Shown in pieces: positions 42,841 through 44,904 of a stretch of DNA of 44,904 bases. Within the stretch, counting starts at the first letter, position 1. Every line of letters starts with the position of its first letter. The stretch lies in NCBI GenBank assembly GCA_903907305.1, contig CAIVNT010000208.1, forward strand, positions 1 through 44,904. Reading direction: 5' to 3'. Origin of the DNA: an uncultured Ignavibacteriota bacterium (GTDB lineage Bacteria; Bacteroidota; Ignavibacteria; UBA10030; UBA8401). A program made the position numbers and the translations under genes. Below the pieces are notes generated by a model. It saw nothing but the letters and a program-made list of their open reading frames with translations. It made no database searches and was not told the DNA's origin.

Positions 42841-44412
42841 TTATTTTTTGCGGACTTGACTGAAGACGGTGGTAACACGGAATATTTCTTCAAATAATTC
42901 TTTCTTGCGGTCTGCTCCCCAGAATTCTATTTCGAGATCCTTCTTCTTTGCTGCGATAATCTTCATCAGGATTCTTTTTCCCACGATCCTCACGCGGACA
43001 TCGGAGATCTTTCCTCCGTGTGTTCTGTCGAGGCCGTCCGCGATGCGAAGGATGGCGGAGATCTTCGTCACCATCTGCTGATCTTCCGGAGATAACAGTC
43101 GGAATCCTTCATGCTTCATTTTCGGATGGCTCTTGCGGTGATACCGGGCAACGTTGGCGATGATCTCTTTCTCATTCTCCGTGAATCCGAGCATTTCACC
43201 GTTCTTGATAATATAGTATGAGTGCCGATGATGAAGCGCGTGCGAGACAGCGAGTCCGATCTCGTGCAGCAGCGCGGCTGCCTCAAGATACTCTCTCTCA
43301 ACAACGGAAAGCTTGTGCAGTTTTTTGGTCTGATCAAAGATCCGCAATGCAAGATCCGCAACCTTTCTGCCGTGATTGATCTCATTGTGAAACTGCAGAG
43401 AAAGATGAAGAACACTGTTGTAGCGGATATCCGACAGATGATGGAACGAAGGACGCTCGATCGATTTCTCCATCGTGTCCAGTATGATCCCTTCCCGTAA
43501 TGCATACTCCGAGCAGGTAAGGGTTTTGATCCCGAATTCTTTGAATGTCTGTTCGAGAATAATTGCGCCGGCAGGAATGATATCGGCGCGTGATTGGTCC
43601 AGTCCTTCTATCCGCACACGGTCTTCAGAATATTCCTTTGACAATACCTTTTCAACTGCCGCAGTCAATTCTTTTGCGGAAAAGCGGACGTTGTTCAGCG
43701 ATTGCTCATTCCGTTCCTCACGCGCAGCGAGGATGATCTTTGCAAGATTCAGGATCGTTCCCGAACTGCCGATCACCTGCTGATAATCGAATTTTCCAAC
43801 TTCACGCACGATGGGGGATAACATTCCACGCACATATTTGCGGCATTCTTTGACTCCTTTTTCCGTGATCCTTCCCGAAGGGAAGAACCGTTCCGTCAGA
43901 CGGACGGCACCAAGTTTGATGCTGTTGCCGGAGAGGATCTTTTTTTTATGGCCGATCACATATTCTGTGCTGCCGCCGCCAATGTCGATGCAAAGGACTT
44001 TTTTGCTGAACACGGGAAGCGCCTGCACCACGCCAAGATAGATCAGCCGCGCTTCTTCCGCTCCGGAGGCGACCTCCAGTTTGATCCCCGCTTCGGTCTT
44101 CGCACGGCGGATGAATTCATCCTGATTCAATGCTTCACGGACGGCGCTTGTTGCGATCGCACGGATCGGTGCATTGAATGCACCGGCGATCTTTTTGAAC
44201 AGCCGCAGTGCCTGGATGCCGCGTGCCATCGCCTGCTCGGAAAGATATTTCATATCCGTGGAACCGGAACCAAGTCTCACTAATTCTTTTTCACGCGCAA
44301 GCGTTCTGAACTGTCCGGTGGATGCAGAATATTCCACCACGATCAAGTGGAACGAATTCGTCCCGACGTCGATCGCAGCCATTGTTCTTTTTGTAAGAGA
44401 GGTACTTTTCAT
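42841..44412 (-). CDS. ppx: Ppx/GppA-family exopolyphosphatase / pppGpp phosphohydrolase with C-terminal HD domain
   Basis: AAIDVGTNSFHLIV, IDIGGGSTE (ASKHA fold), and later LLHEIG...H HD motifs. The start is 44412 or 44382. Confidence 0.9.
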   Translation of the reverse strand: MKSTSLTKRTMAAIDVGTNSFHLIVVEYSASTGQFRTLAREKELVRLGSGSTDMKYLSEQAMARGIQALRLFKKIAGAFNAPIRAIATSAVREALNQDEFIRRAKTEAGIKLEVASGAEEARLIYLGVVQALPVFSKKVLCIDIGGGSTEYVIGHKKKILSGNSIKLGAVRLTERFFPSGRITEKGVKECRKYVRGMLSPIVREVGKFDYQQVIGSSGTILNLAKIILAAREERNEQSLNNVRFSAKELTAAVEKVLSKEYSEDRVRIEGLDQSRADIIPAGAIILEQTFKEFGIKTLTCSEYALREGIILDTMEKSIERPSFHHLSDIRYNSVLHLSLQFHNEINHGRKVADLALRIFDQTKKLHKLSVVEREYLEAAALLHEIGLAVSHALHHRHSYYIIKNGEMLGFTENEKEIIANVARYHRKSHPKMKHEGFRLLSPEDQQMVTKISAILRIADGLDRTHGGKISDVRVRIVGKRILMKIIAAKKKDLEIEFWGADRKKELFEEIFRVTTVFSQVRKK

Positions 44413-44463
44413 GAGGGAATATACTGAAGTACGCCGTGCAATAAAACAGATTGTCACCGAAGA

Positions 44464-44904
44464 TTATTTCTTTTTCACGCGGATCATCCGCAGGATCTTT
44501 GGAGGGATGCTGAACAGGAGCGTTGAGCTGTTCGGCTGTTCGGTATTGTAATCGATACAAATGATGGATCCTTTTTTCACGAGAATCGATCCGTTCTTTT
44601 GCTGCAGGATGAACGCAAGGAATTTTCCAAGACCCGGTTCATGTCCCACCAGAACGACCGTAGGATGATTCTCATATTTTTTCAGCATCTGTATAATATC
44701 ATTCGCTTTATCATCGGGAAGCAGACCGTCATCCGGTGTGACGGCGATACCGGAGGAATTCTGCGATGCGATGATCTCGGCGGTGGCAAATGCCCGTTTG
44801 AGCGGACTGGTCACGATGGTGAAGGAGGAGGGGAGGAATGTGCTCATTCCTTTCACGTTCGATTTCATCTTTTTGATCCCGTCCTTGGTGAGGGGGCGGT
44901 CGTC
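44464..44904 (-). CDS. sixA: SixA-like phosphohistidine phosphatase (histidine phosphatase superfamily), N-terminus outside the window
   Basis: The frame stays open to the window edge (…DDRPLTKDGIKKMKSN…). IVTSPLKRAFATAEI and VVLVGHEPGLG are SixA motifs. The RHG catalytic start must lie beyond 44904. Confidence 0.75.
   Translation of the reverse strand, partial: DDRPLTKDGIKKMKSNVKGMSTFLPSSFTIVTSPLKRAFATAEIIASQNSSGIAVTPDDGLLPDDKANDIIQMLKKYENHPTVVLVGHEPGLGKFLAFILQQKNGSILVKKGSIICIDYNTEQPNSSTLLFSIPPKILRMIRVKKK

Overview
The window looks like a chromosomal segment, possibly a whole contig, from an FCB-group bacterium. An Ignavibacteriota- or Bacteroidota-like origin is inferred from two T9SS-type C-terminal sorting domains and from Shine-Dalgarno use such as GGAGG before the 4933 and 19931 starts. 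It holds about 50 genes, most on the minus strand.

Gene content, left to right:
- The right end of an ISL3-family IS element cut by the window edge, next to an orphan Dam-like (D12 class) N6-adenine DNA methyltransferase.
- A di-haem cytochrome c peroxidase and an ECF sigma / anti-sigma / periplasmic module.
- A PD40 lipoprotein, a TonB-dependent receptor and a HEAT-repeat::serine-hydrolase fusion.
- PLP and saccharopine-dehydrogenase enzymes.
- A GH5 glycosidase with a T9SS tail and a membrane AraC regulator.
- typA/bipA.
- A RAYT (REP-associated Y1 transposase) flanked by two perfect 36-nt GTAG palindromes.
- An arsR-arsM-arsC-acr3 arsenic operon.
- A block of small hydrolase/transferase genes.
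- An M14 peptidase with a T9SS tail and a dCMP deaminase.
- An 11-gene, translationally coupled operon (41147 down to 31754), then ppx/gppA and a truncated sixA.

The 11-gene operon is my best candidate for an undescribed system. It combines a split transketolase, a class-III aminotransferase, an SDR, a SAF-less NeuB-type synthase, an SpsF-type cytidylyltransferase, a TagF-like transferase, a UPF0104 membrane protein and a fatty-acid-hydroxylase-family membrane enzyme. A KdsC-type phosphatase lies just upstream.

The long intergenic spacers are mosaics of several dispersed hairpin/palindrome families. No rRNA, tRNA or CRISPR array was seen. All family calls come from motif recognition by eye; no database search was run.
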